In this document: positions 10,754 through 21,916 of the stretch, one piece after another
Layout of the letters: each line of letters opens with the position of its first letter
How positions within the stretch are numbered: position 1 is the stretch's first letter
Origin: a virus
Taxonomy: Duplodnaviria; Caudoviricetes
IMG/VR virus record: IMGVR_UViG_3300021431_000091
Span: 32,001-96,000 of that record
Direction: 5' to 3' (one strand)
Length of the DNA: 64,000 nt
The notes under the pieces: model-generated
Seen by the model: the letters and a program-made list of their open reading frames with translations, nothing else
Database searches by the model: none
What the model was told of the DNA's origin: nothing
Position numbers and translations under genes: made by a program

Positions 10754-11434
10754 ATGACAACACGCAAGAATAACAATCGCAAGCAGAGTGCAACAACCCG
10801 CGTAAACAAAGCTGCCAAGACTGCAAAGCAGTCGGTCCACACTTGGAATGCCGTCACAAGAGCTTTCCAAGAGCCTGCCAACCATAAGGTTGGACGTGAC
10901 CTCCTTGAGGCTATGAACACTTTGGGTGTTCATGTGACCAGACTGGCAACCCTCAAGACGGCTGATTTCTTCACGGCATGGTGGGGTGGTCTGAAAGACC
11001 AGGCTGGCAACCCTCAGATGTTCAAGTCAGTCGGTTACAAAGTAACCGTCTGCGGAGAGGACAAGCAGCTCTATACCCTCGAAGAGGGTGGCATCTACAA
11101 AGCCGTCAAGACCTACGAAAAGCGCACCATTCTGTCTACGACAGACAAGAACTTCGACAAGTCCGAGAACATAGCCCCTACTACGGATGTAGTAGTGGAC
11201 GGTCTCAAGCAGTGTGCTCTTTACGACACTTGGGTGGCTAAAGCCAAGAAAGCCGAGAAGAGTGCCCAGTCTATGACTGAGGGTTACATCAACAACGGCA
11301 CAGCCCAGCAGCCCGACTGGTGTCACGTTGCTCTTAGCAACGGGGAGTGGATGTTCACTGGTCTCGAAGAGAAAGCTGCCAAGAAAAAGTCCACCAAAGG
11401 TGGCAAGAAGAGCAGCCTGAAGAAAGCAGCCTAA
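10754..11434 (+). CDS. Basic hypothetical protein, first gene of the putative early region
   Basis: 226-aa ORF with Lys/Ala-rich termini. Confidence 0.8.
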   Translation: MTTRKNNNRKQSATTRVNKAAKTAKQSVHTWNAVTRAFQEPANHKVGRDLLEAMNTLGVHVTRLATLKTADFFTAWWGGLKDQAGNPQMFKSVGYKVTVCGEDKQLYTLEEGGIYKAVKTYEKRTILSTTDKNFDKSENIAPTTDVVVDGLKQCALYDTWVAKAKKAEKSAQSMTEGYINNGTAQQPDWCHVALSNGEWMFTGLEEKAAKKKSTKGGKKSSLKKAA

Positions 11435-11455
11435 CCCCTATGGGGTCTCCTGGTA

Positions 11456-11525
11456 GCCATTGCAGCCCGACTTTGGTGGCTGGTAAAGCATAGCTTTATG
11501 GAGGGTTCGATTCCCTCCTTTGGCA
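11456..11525 (+). ncRNA. tRNA-like structure (non-canonical)
   Basis: T-arm GGAGGGTTCGATTCCCTCC, two upstream hairpins, GCCA/TGGC closing stem. Confidence 0.35.
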
Positions 11526-11564
11526 CTAACTAAGCCCTACCGCATCACGGCAAAGCGGACAGAT

Positions 11565-12008
11565 ATGCGAGAAATACTCACTATGGGCGATATGTTTACA
11601 AAAGCCCAGCTTAGTGCTCTGGAAAAGGGCATCAAAGCAGACCAAAGGGAGGGGCTGCCCCTGCGTTTACGCAAAAAAGCCCAAAAGTCCGAAATGGAGG
11701 AAATTCGTAGCAAAGTCCAGTGGCAGCGTCACAAGAAACAGGCGGGCGACTGGGTAAGCAAAAAGCCCTACATCACGCAGGAAGAGGCTCAGAAAGCGTT
11801 CAATGCAAGGGAGTCAAAGCGTGAAGAGCGCAAAGCTGCAAGGTGTACCCTGGAGACAGGTGCGCAAATGTTCAACACAGGCAAGGGCGTGCGTACAAAG
11901 AAGCGCGTTTCCGACCACGTTGGAGAGAAAACTGGCAGCTATCTTCATGTTATCAGGTTCGCAAACTCAAAAGTCACAATAGTGTGCAAATCCAAGAAAA
12001 CTTTTTAA
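11565..12008 (+). CDS. Basic hypothetical protein
   Basis: ATG at 11565 lies just after the same leader motif that precedes 10754. Confidence 0.6.
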   Translation: MREILTMGDMFTKAQLSALEKGIKADQREGLPLRLRKKAQKSEMEEIRSKVQWQRHKKQAGDWVSKKPYITQEEAQKAFNARESKREERKAARCTLETGAQMFNTGKGVRTKKRVSDHVGEKTGSYLHVIRFANSKVTIVCKSKKTF

Positions 12009-12060
12009 CAATCACACAAAGCAGTTGTAGCCGCTCAGGGTGTGGGGCTACTGTATCATC

Positions 12061-12519
12061 ATGGCAAACGCTAAAAGGACCGCAGGAAAGACTGCAAAGA
12101 CCGAGAAGAAGGGCGCAAACTATCAGTTTGCAAGTATATTCACGGGTATGGATGCTGAGACTGCAAAGACAGCACTGGCAGCAGTAAAAGCAGCCTATGA
12201 GCACCACATCAAGACGCTGAAAATGCGTGACAAGGAGGTTGACCGCTTGCAGAAGCGTGCGGACAAGTTGGAAATCAAGCAGGTCTCCCTGGCTGACAAG
12301 AAAACCATCAAGAAGATGAAGTTCAAGCTGGTGGACTACTCTGAGAAGTGCTTTGTCCTGAGCACGGATGCGGATACAAAGTGCCTCATGGTGGCATTCA
12401 AGGAGCTTGGTGGCAAGTGGAACGGACGCTTGAAGAACTGCGGTAGCGGTAGCTATGTGTTCTCCAAGGAGAAGAGCCTTGCCCAGGTTAAGAGCGCACT
12501 CAAGGGGTGCTTTGCGTAA
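12061..12519 (+). CDS. Hypothetical protein
   Basis: MANAKRTAG... ORF; 'FKELGGKWNGRL' motif. Confidence 0.7.
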   Translation: MANAKRTAGKTAKTEKKGANYQFASIFTGMDAETAKTALAAVKAAYEHHIKTLKMRDKEVDRLQKRADKLEIKQVSLADKKTIKKMKFKLVDYSEKCFVLSTDADTKCLMVAFKELGGKWNGRLKNCGSGSYVFSKEKSLAQVKSALKGCFA

Positions 12520-13807
12520 CGAAAAATGCAGACAAAATTCCCATGACACCACAGGACAAAATCATCATGCTCTCAAGGGCACGACGTATCCTTGAGGGTC
12601 ATGGCAGGGTATCAGTGAGCGAGGTGCATGACATAATCGTGCGCCTCCTTGACGATGAACTTGACGCATATCTTGGAGCCCGTCCTGAGTAGCAATATGG
12701 CAGACACCCAGCCGTTTCGAGGGTTGGGCGGGCACAACACAATCTTATGTTTTTTGTTTCACTAAACATTTTCGCAATTATGACAACAAAATTTGGACCC
12801 AAGGGAAAGACCTTGCTGCAAAACCTCATTGCAGGAATGAATGAGGCAAAACAAAAGTGGCAGGTGCGCTATGAGGCTGCAACTGACGAGTATCTGAAAC
12901 TGAAAGCCCTCAATATGGTGAACTGGTACGCCCAGGAAATCCAGGCTTACAAGCAAATGATTAGGGAGGGAGTGCGCGTATGACTACCAGGGAATTCGAG
13001 GTTGACAGCATGACCCATGTTGACGACCTGACCGAGAGACTGTATGACACCTATTCGAGGGTAGAGGTCATCAAGTGCGTGAAAACTATGATTAACGTCA
13101 TCGTCCTTGTGGCGGTGGGCTACTAACTGGAAAGGGGGCTACTATGGATGCAAATATGCTGAAGAAACGTGCCTACGATGAGATTGAGGGCATTTTCAAG
13201 ATGATGGCATACGCTGGTGTGTCCATGTACGTGATTACCTTTCGTATGAAGGAACTTATGCAGGAGTACAATATTTCCAAGCTGGAAATTGATATGCTCA
13301 GGCGCGAGGTCCTGTATCAGATTAACTTTTTGAACAACCCAATTTAGCGAGAATATGCTGAAATTTGCAGAAAAGCGTGGCAAGAGAACACGCTGTATCA
13401 GACATGGCATCGAGAGCCACTGGGATGACTTCACCCAGAGAGTTGAAGCAGTGTTAATAACCTCCAGGCTTGTCGTAAGGGCAACACCAGCTGGCAAGCG
13501 GATTAACTACAGTTTTGCAAAATGAAAGACTTGGTAAAATTCGTGCTCATGGGACTTGTGCTTGTCCCGTGCGTGCTGGTGTTCAATGAGGGCACCAATA
13601 TGTTCTGGAATGTGCTGGGAGCAGTGTACCTGTTCGTGCTTGCTGCCTATGTAATTGGTAATGCAAAGAAAATGGACGAGCTACTAAGACGCATGGAACA
13701 GTTCGAGAAAAACTTAATGGACGTTAAATGACGTTCCAAAAGGTTAATAAATCAACGGGGCTGGGGTAACTCAGCCCTATTTCATAACGTACTAAAAACA
13801 AAACGAA

Positions 13808-14689
13808 ATGGACAAGAATATTGTATTTTTCGGAGAGAGCGGACTGACATCTACATCCGCTAACCATGTGGCTAACCTTGCAAAGGAATATGCCCAGAAA
13901 CAAGAGAGTTGGCTGAATAATGTTTGTTTCTATTCCACCAAGGTCGGGCTGATTGGAACTGGCAACACGAATCAGATAGGCATTGGTTATTGTGACGAGG
14001 AACTTGCTGCAATCCCAGCCAAACTGGAAGAGGTCACGAAAGCCAAGTCTCTGATCGCGTGGCTGCGTGAGGCTATCAAGGCGCGTGATACCATGTTCGA
14101 GGCAGCCAACACAAAGGACATTGAGGAGTGGTACAAGGAGCGTGGTCTTGAGTTCTGGAAAGCACCCAGCCGTCCAACTCCATTCACTAAGGACGACATC
14201 ATTGCAACCCTGAACATCAAGGAGCGCAACCACATCTATACGCTGGAGACCATGTGTGCCGTCATTGGCAAGTATATACACCCAGACGGAAAGTATTCCA
14301 TTGCCAGGAAGAAAGCAGCAAATGTTGTAGATGTTCCGTTTGAGGTTCATGGAGAGGGGCGAGATGCTATGGTCTATGAGTTCTATTGCACTGTCAGCAA
14401 TGATGATGTGGACCAGTTGTTCTTCGAGTTGCAAGCTAAGCACCGTGCTGCCCAGGCTGAGCTGAACAAGATACTCCATGAGATTGATGAGCGTGTCCGT
14501 GAGGCTAATATGGCTCAGAATGCCCAGTACGCTGAGAAACTGCGTGAGTGGGATGTGGCTGGCAAGAAGCAGCTGGCTGAGTTTGAGGCATGGAAGAGTG
14601 AGGAGACCAAGCGTATCGCTGACCTCAAGATTGTCATCCCAGACCACCTCAAGGGAATCTACGAGACTGTGAATGCGTTAGGAAAATAA
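13808..14689 (+). CDS. Coiled-coil hypothetical protein
   Basis: 293-aa helical ORF, 'GLTSTSANHVANLAKE'. Confidence 0.85.
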   Translation: MDKNIVFFGESGLTSTSANHVANLAKEYAQKQESWLNNVCFYSTKVGLIGTGNTNQIGIGYCDEELAAIPAKLEEVTKAKSLIAWLREAIKARDTMFEAANTKDIEEWYKERGLEFWKAPSRPTPFTKDDIIATLNIKERNHIYTLETMCAVIGKYIHPDGKYSIARKKAANVVDVPFEVHGEGRDAMVYEFYCTVSNDDVDQLFFELQAKHRAAQAELNKILHEIDERVREANMAQNAQYAEKLREWDVAGKKQLAEFEAWKSEETKRIADLKIVIPDHLKGIYETVNALGK

Positions 14690-14694
14690 TATAC

Positions 14695-14978
14695 ATGTGC
14701 GGGTAACCCAGGACTGACCCCATTTGGGAGAAACCTGGGTGTATGCGCAAGGAAAGGCGTTCTTACAACATAAAATGAAGAATAAATGAAACAATGCGGT
14801 TGTGCTGTGCCGTCCTTAATGGAACACGGCATGACCTTTCTCCAAGTGCCGCGAATTTACCGCCCTGAGATGCATTGATTTGCGGAGGGTTCGCTCTTGC
14901 TCTTGTTGCGGTTTGGAGGTTCTTGATATTGTTCTTGGCTTCATTCTTGTTGCGTTTTTCCAAGTGCAGCCCGCACAT
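14695..14978 (+). ncRNA. Putative ~285-nt structured ncRNA
   Basis: Terminal ATGTGCGGG/CCCGCACAT pairing plus several nested stems. Confidence 0.6.
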
Positions 14979-14995
14979 TTTAATCCCATACGAAA

Positions 14996-15439
14996 ATGAT
15001 TTCGAATTTCACTACAATTGAGCAGAGCAAGGCTTTGCTTGAGGCTGGACTTGACCCGATGACAGCTGACATGAAGTATATCGGTTGTTCTGAGGATAAG
15101 CTGTTTCCAGACATGCATAAGTACTGTCCGTCATTTGACCAGTTCCTCAATCCTGTACTGCCATGTTGGACTGTTGCGAGACTTCTTGTCCTACTCCCAG
15201 ACCACATTACGATTTGTGAGACTGGTAGGATACGCAAGCAGTACCACCTGGAAATTTCCAAGTATGAGCCCTGGGACTACGGGGTTTGCTATGTTTACGG
15301 GTTCTACCCAGATGAATCAGTCCTTAAGGAGACTGGTGGAGAGAATCTTCTTGACGCTCTTGTGGAAATGCTATGCTGGGTCATGGATAACCACTATGAG
15401 GATACTGAAACACAATCAGAAATCATTAACGAAAAATAA
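14996..15439 (+). CDS. Hypothetical protein
   Basis: 'TTIEQSKALLEAGLDPMTADM...PCWTVARLL' ORF. Confidence 0.75.
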   Translation: MISNFTTIEQSKALLEAGLDPMTADMKYIGCSEDKLFPDMHKYCPSFDQFLNPVLPCWTVARLLVLLPDHITICETGRIRKQYHLEISKYEPWDYGVCYVYGFYPDESVLKETGGENLLDALVEMLCWVMDNHYEDTETQSEIINEK

Positions 15440-15441
15440 TC

Positions 15442-17241
15442 ATGGCTTATTCAACAGACGAGGTTGCCCACAGATGGGCACACAATATGATGGGAAGAAA
15501 TGGCGAGGTTTATGGTAACAGCGTTCATGCCGATTCCATCAGTTTCTACAGTTACAGCACCGTTATTGCCCAGTACGTTGACCGTGAAAAGGGTGTTGTG
15601 CTGTATGATGACAGAAGCTACAGCAACACCACATGTAAGCATCAGTGTGCGGTCAGTATGGCACTCCCGAATAGTGTGGTTGTCATTGTCACAAACAATG
15701 CCAATGTGCTCTGGTGGAGAGAAAAGTGGGACGCTAATGCAAGAATGAAGGTTGTTGACGACCTAATCGGTTCGATGTATGAGGGGCTTAAGCCTTATCT
15801 GACATCAAAGAACCACGGCTTTGACCCATATTACGGAAATAATACGTATTGCAGGTATCGCAATCTTCCAGCTATCGATAAACTAAACGCATTGTATGGC
15901 GATTGCAGTCTGAAAAAGTGGCTGCGTAGCAAGCGTGGAAAGCTGGGTAAGTGGGGCAAGAAGAGTGACCAGTACAGGAAGCGTAACATGGTCAAGGCAC
16001 TTATCGAGAACCAGCGTCTTGATAAGGTTGTGGATGCCACATTTGGAGACGGAACCTGGGCAGCCTATATGAAGCGCAATTCAGCGATTGACAAGGCAAG
16101 GGCTACGATGGCTAAGACCAATATGTTCATGCAGGACTATATGGGGTTTGATTTTGAGCCTTTCGGTGGAGTCAACAGGCATCACTGGGGTGGCAGTATG
16201 CAAATCAAGTCCAAGTGGTCTGTCAAGCAGCTGCGAAAGATGACCGTGAGTGAGCGCATAGATATTCGTGCCCAGGTCAAGTACAACAGGGAGCACGGAA
16301 TCTATGGCAGCGACATCTTCGGAGAGGAGAAGCGCAAGAACGATTCTTACAACAGAGCTTTGAAATTCCTGGGTATCACAACCTATAAGCCATATCGCTG
16401 GGGAAACGATGCTGAGGAGAGGCTTATTGATAGCATGGTTGACGGGGATAAGATGATTTACTCAAGAACCCAGTATGACCGTGTTATCAAGGCAAACGGA
16501 GACACTGGAAGCTATATACGCTACCCCAAGGAGCTGCAAAAAGAGTTCAACTTTGCCCAGGATTCCGAGTTGTACAAGATGTTCTGCGAGTATCCTGACA
16601 AGTTCGTGTTCAGAAAGCGTCTCCAGAAGAAACTGGAAATCTGGCAGAGACGTATCAAGGGCTACTGGTTGCAGATGTGCGTCAAAGAGAACCCAGACCT
16701 CCAGCTTTCGGGAGACGAGAACCACATGCTCAACGAAATCGTTATCCGTATGGAGCACTGGGCAGCTGAGGAGGCAGAGCGTAGGAGAGTTGAAGCCCAG
16801 AGACGTGCCGAGGAAGAGCGTGAGAGGCGTGAGCGTGAGAGACAGAGACAGCTTGAGACCATCAAGGCTATGGAGGAATACAAGAACGGTGGTCTGGATG
16901 CGGTCCGTGATTTGTACTGGAACAAGGACAAGCAGCTTCCCTATGAGATACGCTATAACAAGGACATCAACTTCGGTGGTAACGTCCTGCTGAGATTTGC
17001 CCACCAGGAAGGATATATTGAGACCTCAAAGGGTATCAGACTGAGCTTTGAGGAATGCCACAGATACTGGAACACCATCAAACGCTGGCACGACACTGGA
17101 AAGTTCGAGGAAAACGTTACGATGGCTGGGTATCGGGTCAATTCCTTCGAGAACGATATTCTTGTGGCTGGCTGTCATGAGATTGCCTACTGCGAGATGG
17201 AGAGAATGTATGCAGCCATGTGTGAAAAAGAGGCTGCGTGA
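15442..17241 (+). CDS. Large hypothetical protein (599 aa)
   Basis: Long ORF; N-terminal 'FYSYSTVIA..YSNTTCKHQ', C-terminal 'AGCHEI'. Confidence 0.85.
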   Translation: MAYSTDEVAHRWAHNMMGRNGEVYGNSVHADSISFYSYSTVIAQYVDREKGVVLYDDRSYSNTTCKHQCAVSMALPNSVVVIVTNNANVLWWREKWDANARMKVVDDLIGSMYEGLKPYLTSKNHGFDPYYGNNTYCRYRNLPAIDKLNALYGDCSLKKWLRSKRGKLGKWGKKSDQYRKRNMVKALIENQRLDKVVDATFGDGTWAAYMKRNSAIDKARATMAKTNMFMQDYMGFDFEPFGGVNRHHWGGSMQIKSKWSVKQLRKMTVSERIDIRAQVKYNREHGIYGSDIFGEEKRKNDSYNRALKFLGITTYKPYRWGNDAEERLIDSMVDGDKMIYSRTQYDRVIKANGDTGSYIRYPKELQKEFNFAQDSELYKMFCEYPDKFVFRKRLQKKLEIWQRRIKGYWLQMCVKENPDLQLSGDENHMLNEIVIRMEHWAAEEAERRRVEAQRRAEEERERRERERQRQLETIKAMEEYKNGGLDAVRDLYWNKDKQLPYEIRYNKDINFGGNVLLRFAHQEGYIETSKGIRLSFEECHRYWNTIKRWHDTGKFEENVTMAGYRVNSFENDILVAGCHEIAYCEMERMYAAMCEKEAA

Positions 17242-17972
17242 AGATATTGCGGAGACGATTGTTTTTCGTAATTGTGTGATTGTTGTCGGGGCTGGGTTTA
17301 CATGCCCAGTTCCCGATTTAAAAAAGAAAGCGTTATGATTACAAACTTCCAATACAACGATATTGTCCTTTATGCAAAGGGATGGTATGAGAGGACAGAC
17401 CTGTATGAAGATTTAGGTTACCTTCTATCAAAAATATATGGATGGACACCTAAAAGAGATGATGAATTGGCGCATTTCATGCTTATTATCCTTGATAGAA
17501 TTTGTGAGGAGCAGGGTAAGAAATTCTCCAGTGGTTATTTGTGTTCTTTTGCATCTTTCTGGAATGAGGTAAACAGGTATTCAGACATTTATGAATGCAC
17601 TTATAATAGAGCAATCATACTTCTTGTGCTTGGTAGGCTCCAGGAATTAACAAAAGACGAAATAAAACTGAATCCACCACATTACGGGAAGAAAGAGCAT
17701 TTCCGTATGGGGTGTTTGCTTGGAAAGAATCCTATCTCAATGACCTATACGGAAATGAATAGGAGGGCACAAAAGATTTTCACTTAACATAAAACTGAAA
17801 GTAAAATGACAAAGCAAGAGTTAATCAACAAGCTTTCGGGTTATCACGATGATGCTGAAATACGTATCTCGACAAAGCAGAAGTCACCCAGGACATTGTA
17901 TTGTGCCGAGGGTGTACAGGATGCGTTCGGAGACAAGAGTAGTGTGGTAATCTGGGGTGGTTTCTAAAACTT

Positions 17973-18689
17973 ATGACTATGGTTAACAAGATTATTGAGC
18001 AGATGCGCTCATACCTTCCAGAGAATGCGAGCTGCAAAAATGACTTCGAGAGGTATGATGTTCCAGAAATTATGAAAAATCTGGAGCCGTTCTTCTGGTC
18101 GGTTCGTAGCTATGGAACATCACTCTGTCACATTGGTCCGACAAGGATGAACAGGCTGTTTGAGAATGAGGCAAGCAGGTTCCAGATATTCCGAGACCAC
18201 GATGCTCCGATTGCGGGTATCAGGTACTGGCATGAGGGTAAGCTGTTTTTCTTTGACGGGCTTCAACTTGTGGGTGTCAGCAAAGATGATGTCCAGTGTA
18301 TTTATGAAAACATCTGGTGCAAGGAAATATGCAAGGTTATTGAAAGGCACCCAGACGAATTTGAGATGTGCGACAAACCGCTGGAAATCAGAATGGAAGA
18401 GTGTGTGGCTGCAAAACTTGATGCAAGCATGGCATTTGCAAAGAGCATCAGTGACACCAGCCTTGAGGAATGCTTGGCAAGATTATCTAAGCACTCCAGG
18501 TTCGGAGTTGACCACTATATCACGCTAATGAGTGATTTTTCAGAACATGGCTATCTGTTCTTTGAGAACCTGAACGGAGAATGTAGAATGAATGGCGGTA
18601 TCATCTATCATGGCAACCCCAAAGAGGGCTATAAGGAGAATTCAAGTGTACAAATTAACCCCAGCTACGGCTGGTCAATCCATACTTAA
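17973..18689 (+). CDS. DUF4120-like domain protein
   Basis: C-terminal 'NGGIIYHG...SVQINPSYGWSIHT'. Confidence 0.55.
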   Translation: MTMVNKIIEQMRSYLPENASCKNDFERYDVPEIMKNLEPFFWSVRSYGTSLCHIGPTRMNRLFENEASRFQIFRDHDAPIAGIRYWHEGKLFFFDGLQLVGVSKDDVQCIYENIWCKEICKVIERHPDEFEMCDKPLEIRMEECVAAKLDASMAFAKSISDTSLEECLARLSKHSRFGVDHYITLMSDFSEHGYLFFENLNGECRMNGGIIYHGNPKEGYKENSSVQINPSYGWSIHT

Positions 18690-19579
18690 TATGAAATACG
18701 AAGCACAAATGGAAGCCCTTGCCCACTACACTGTTGAAGTTGAAGCTGACAGCATGGAAGAGGCTAAGGAAAAAGCAAGAAACATGAATTTCCCAAAAGA
18801 GGAAATGGAAATTGAGGAACCTATACCAACATTCGTTGAGTGTAGAGAGACTGGAGAAACAGGTTGGTGGTAATTTTATCTATTATGGCAACAACAATCA
18901 AGTATCAGGACAAGGAAATACAGCTGTCCAGTGAGTACCTTGGGATCGCTTACCCCTGGGGAGAGAAGTACAAAAAGGAGCATCACTTGGTTACGGTTAA
19001 GGTTGACCGTCATGAGGCTAAGTTTGACTTTTACTGCAACGACAGAGTGCTCAAGGCTAATAACCTCAGAGAGGCTTTTTACTACTTCCTGTCTGACGGA
19101 ATCGCCTTCTACAATGCTGGAAGTATCGATGAGTTTGCTGCTGAGTTCGGCTATGATAAGCCATCCCAGCTGTTAGATGCTTATGAGGGCTGCAAGGATG
19201 CGTGGTTCAAATGGAAGCCGTTTGGAATCAATGCGTGGAACCTTGCAAATTGGCTACAGGAAAAATACGATTTGTGATATGGCAAAACAATTCAAACAAT
19301 CCAAGTTCCTCGTAATTGAGGCTACCGAGGCAGAGTTCGCTGCAATCGGTTTTGGTTTCCCAGTTCAGTTCGTTGGTCGTGTTATTGTATGCGACAACTG
19401 CAACGAGCAGATTAATGGTGAAACGTGCTATTTCATCCCAGTTTTGAATCGGGTGTTCTGTAAGGAATGCTTTGACCACTGGAATGCTACTGCTGAGCAC
19501 TACTCAGAGGATGACAGCTATGAGAAGGTGCATTATGACGGAGTAAAGAACAAACTAATTGAAATAGGAGTTTGGGGAG

Positions 19580-20062
19580 ATGAGTAAGAGATATTTGCTG
19601 GACGCTATCCTGGATGCCCACACAGCAGCTGAGATTGCCGAGGAAGATAACATAACCGAGGAACAGGCTGCTAAGGTATGGTTCGACAACGTGATATGTG
19701 AGAATGAGGGTAAGTTTGAAAACATGCCAAGAAACCACAATTTCGTTGACGTAATCAGCAAGGACTGGGACCTTTACTATGACTACGGAGCATCATACTA
19801 CTTTGCGGTCAACAACAAGAAGAACCTCAACGACCTGTTTGAAAAGGCACTCCAGTATGTTCGTGAAAACCATGAATGGAGCGAGGCTTGTGAGGCTTAT
19901 GCGCTGGAGATAGTTGAGAAGATGAGGTGCCCGATTGATCAGGCATCTGAAGAAATTGAGAACGAAATCCGTGACCTCATGGATAGCTTCGGATACGAGA
20001 ACGACCTGCCAGACGACTGGTGGAGCGACTGGGACGTTGATGATATTTTCTTCAAGTTATAA
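19580..20062 (+). CDS. Acidic hypothetical protein
   Basis: D/E-rich ORF. Confidence 0.7.
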   Translation: MSKRYLLDAILDAHTAAEIAEEDNITEEQAAKVWFDNVICENEGKFENMPRNHNFVDVISKDWDLYYDYGASYYFAVNNKKNLNDLFEKALQYVRENHEWSEACEAYALEIVEKMRCPIDQASEEIENEIRDLMDSFGYENDLPDDWWSDWDVDDIFFKL

Positions 20063-20081
20063 CAATTAAACAATCACAATT

Positions 20082-20891
20082 ATGGACAATCGGATTTATA
20101 AGCAGGAAGAATATCGTGGATATACCATTAAGGTGCTCTACGATTATAACCCACAATCCCCAAGAGAATGGGATAACCTGGGTACAATCTACTCAAACAG
20201 CAGGAGATATGACCCAGACGGGCACTCCATTGAGGAGATTATTGACAGTGAGACTGGAGGGCTGGACAAGGAATTTGTGAAGAACAACATTATGCTTGAC
20301 ATCTATGCTTATCAGCACAGCGGTATCACAATCAGCACCAGCAGAGGCGGGCAATTCAGTGACCCCTGGGATAGCGGTTTGTTTGGTATTATTGCCATAT
20401 CAAAGGAGGACGCTATCAAGAACTGGGGTAAGAAAATATGCACCAAGGAGGTTCGTGAGAAAGCCTTGAAACGTCTTGAGGGTGAGGTTGAGACTCTTGA
20501 CCAGTTCTACACTGGAGATGTCTATGGCTACGTTATCGAGGACGAGGATGAGTGCGAGATTGATTCTTGCTGGGGTTACTACGGCAGCGAGTGGATTGAT
20601 AAAGACCTCATTCCAGAGTGTAAGGCTATCATAGACCATGAGATTGAGAAACAGGAGAAGAGGCATGAGGAAAACCTTGATAAGGTCAAGACAAACATCC
20701 TGCTCTTTGTTGGCGACACATTCTTCTCTGGCATGGAGTTCTTCAGGGTCTCCTCAGATATGTTCGGTCTCCCAGTTATCGAAAAGGCAAGGCTTAAGAA
20801 AGGCAGGTTGCGTGATGAGTTCTTTAATACGGTATCGCTCCAGGATGTTCCTGAGAGCGTGCTGGAAGATATGGTTAAACTAATTGCTTAG
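20082..20891 (+). CDS. Hypothetical protein
   Basis: 'SPREWDNLG', 'DSCWGYYG' motifs. Confidence 0.8.
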   Translation: MDNRIYKQEEYRGYTIKVLYDYNPQSPREWDNLGTIYSNSRRYDPDGHSIEEIIDSETGGLDKEFVKNNIMLDIYAYQHSGITISTSRGGQFSDPWDSGLFGIIAISKEDAIKNWGKKICTKEVREKALKRLEGEVETLDQFYTGDVYGYVIEDEDECEIDSCWGYYGSEWIDKDLIPECKAIIDHEIEKQEKRHEENLDKVKTNILLFVGDTFFSGMEFFRVSSDMFGLPVIEKARLKKGRLRDEFFNTVSLQDVPESVLEDMVKLIA

Positions 20892-20894
20892 GAT

Positions 20895-21386
20895 ATGGCA
20901 CACTACAAGATTTTCCAGGTAAGTCCCGTCCAGATTGAGGATGAGGACTACATAACGGCTGATGAACTTCAGGACAATATGATTGACGGACAGTACACTG
21001 AGTTTGCGGACTACATTGATGATGAGCTTGACAACGAGGAGGTACTGGATGCACTCAGTTCACTTGAGAGGCTTCTTGGCGACATTTTCTATGTTGATGG
21101 CAGAATCCTGACATTCAAGGGTGCCGATAAGTTTGTTGACAAGTGGATTGCTGAAATGAAGAACCAGCTTGAAAAGGTCACACCAAAGAAGTCGCTTTCA
21201 TTCTGGGAACTTCGCAAGATGACAACCCAGACACACTTAATGGTTTGGAGTAGGTTTATGTGGACCGATGAGGATGGAAACAAAAATTACCCAGATGAGC
21301 TGGGCGATTTCGTTCTGGCCTGCTACAAGAACCTCAAGCCAGGCGACAAGCTGTATGTTGGCGGTATTGTTGGATTTAAGTTCTGA
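20895..21386 (+). CDS. Hypothetical protein
   Basis: ORF track, tight packing. Confidence 0.7.
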   Translation: MAHYKIFQVSPVQIEDEDYITADELQDNMIDGQYTEFADYIDDELDNEEVLDALSSLERLLGDIFYVDGRILTFKGADKFVDKWIAEMKNQLEKVTPKKSLSFWELRKMTTQTHLMVWSRFMWTDEDGNKNYPDELGDFVLACYKNLKPGDKLYVGGIVGFKF

Positions 21387-21916
21387 TTAGTATGGCAAAG
21401 TTAGTAATTCTTGATTTTACAACTACCAGGGTTTTAATTGTGGATGTCTGTGAGGAACTGGTGGAGAAACTGGAAAACGAATATGACAATGACACGGAAT
21501 CCTGGCTGTGCGAAGAGGGGCTTGAAGCCAAACTCGAAATAGACATTAGCAACATCCATTATATGTGGCTTGATGACAGCGAAACAATTCAACACTTAAC
21601 GATTTGAGCTATGTACGAGCCTGACAGGAAACAGATGATTTGGACCGTGATTGATGCGGTCCAGCATGGAAGAATTCCTCACAAAATCCTTCAAGATGAT
21701 GATGCCATACTTTCTTACCGAGTTATTGAGGATGGCGTTGTTAAAGAGTGTGAGGATGAATACGACTATGTTGAGCGGTGTGCCCCGTATTTCGTGTGGT
21801 TTATCGCTGGAACTGGGTATGAGAACTTTAGCATACCACTCTCTGATTTGACGGATGAAAGTCTGTTGAAATTATACAATCTTTTCAAATAACAACAATC
21901 AAAAACAATTACAATT

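Noticed and set aside
13724-14647. Long antisense ORFs (also 27043-27882, 28435-29337, 59733-60359)
   Set aside because: Shadow frames opposite convincing genes.
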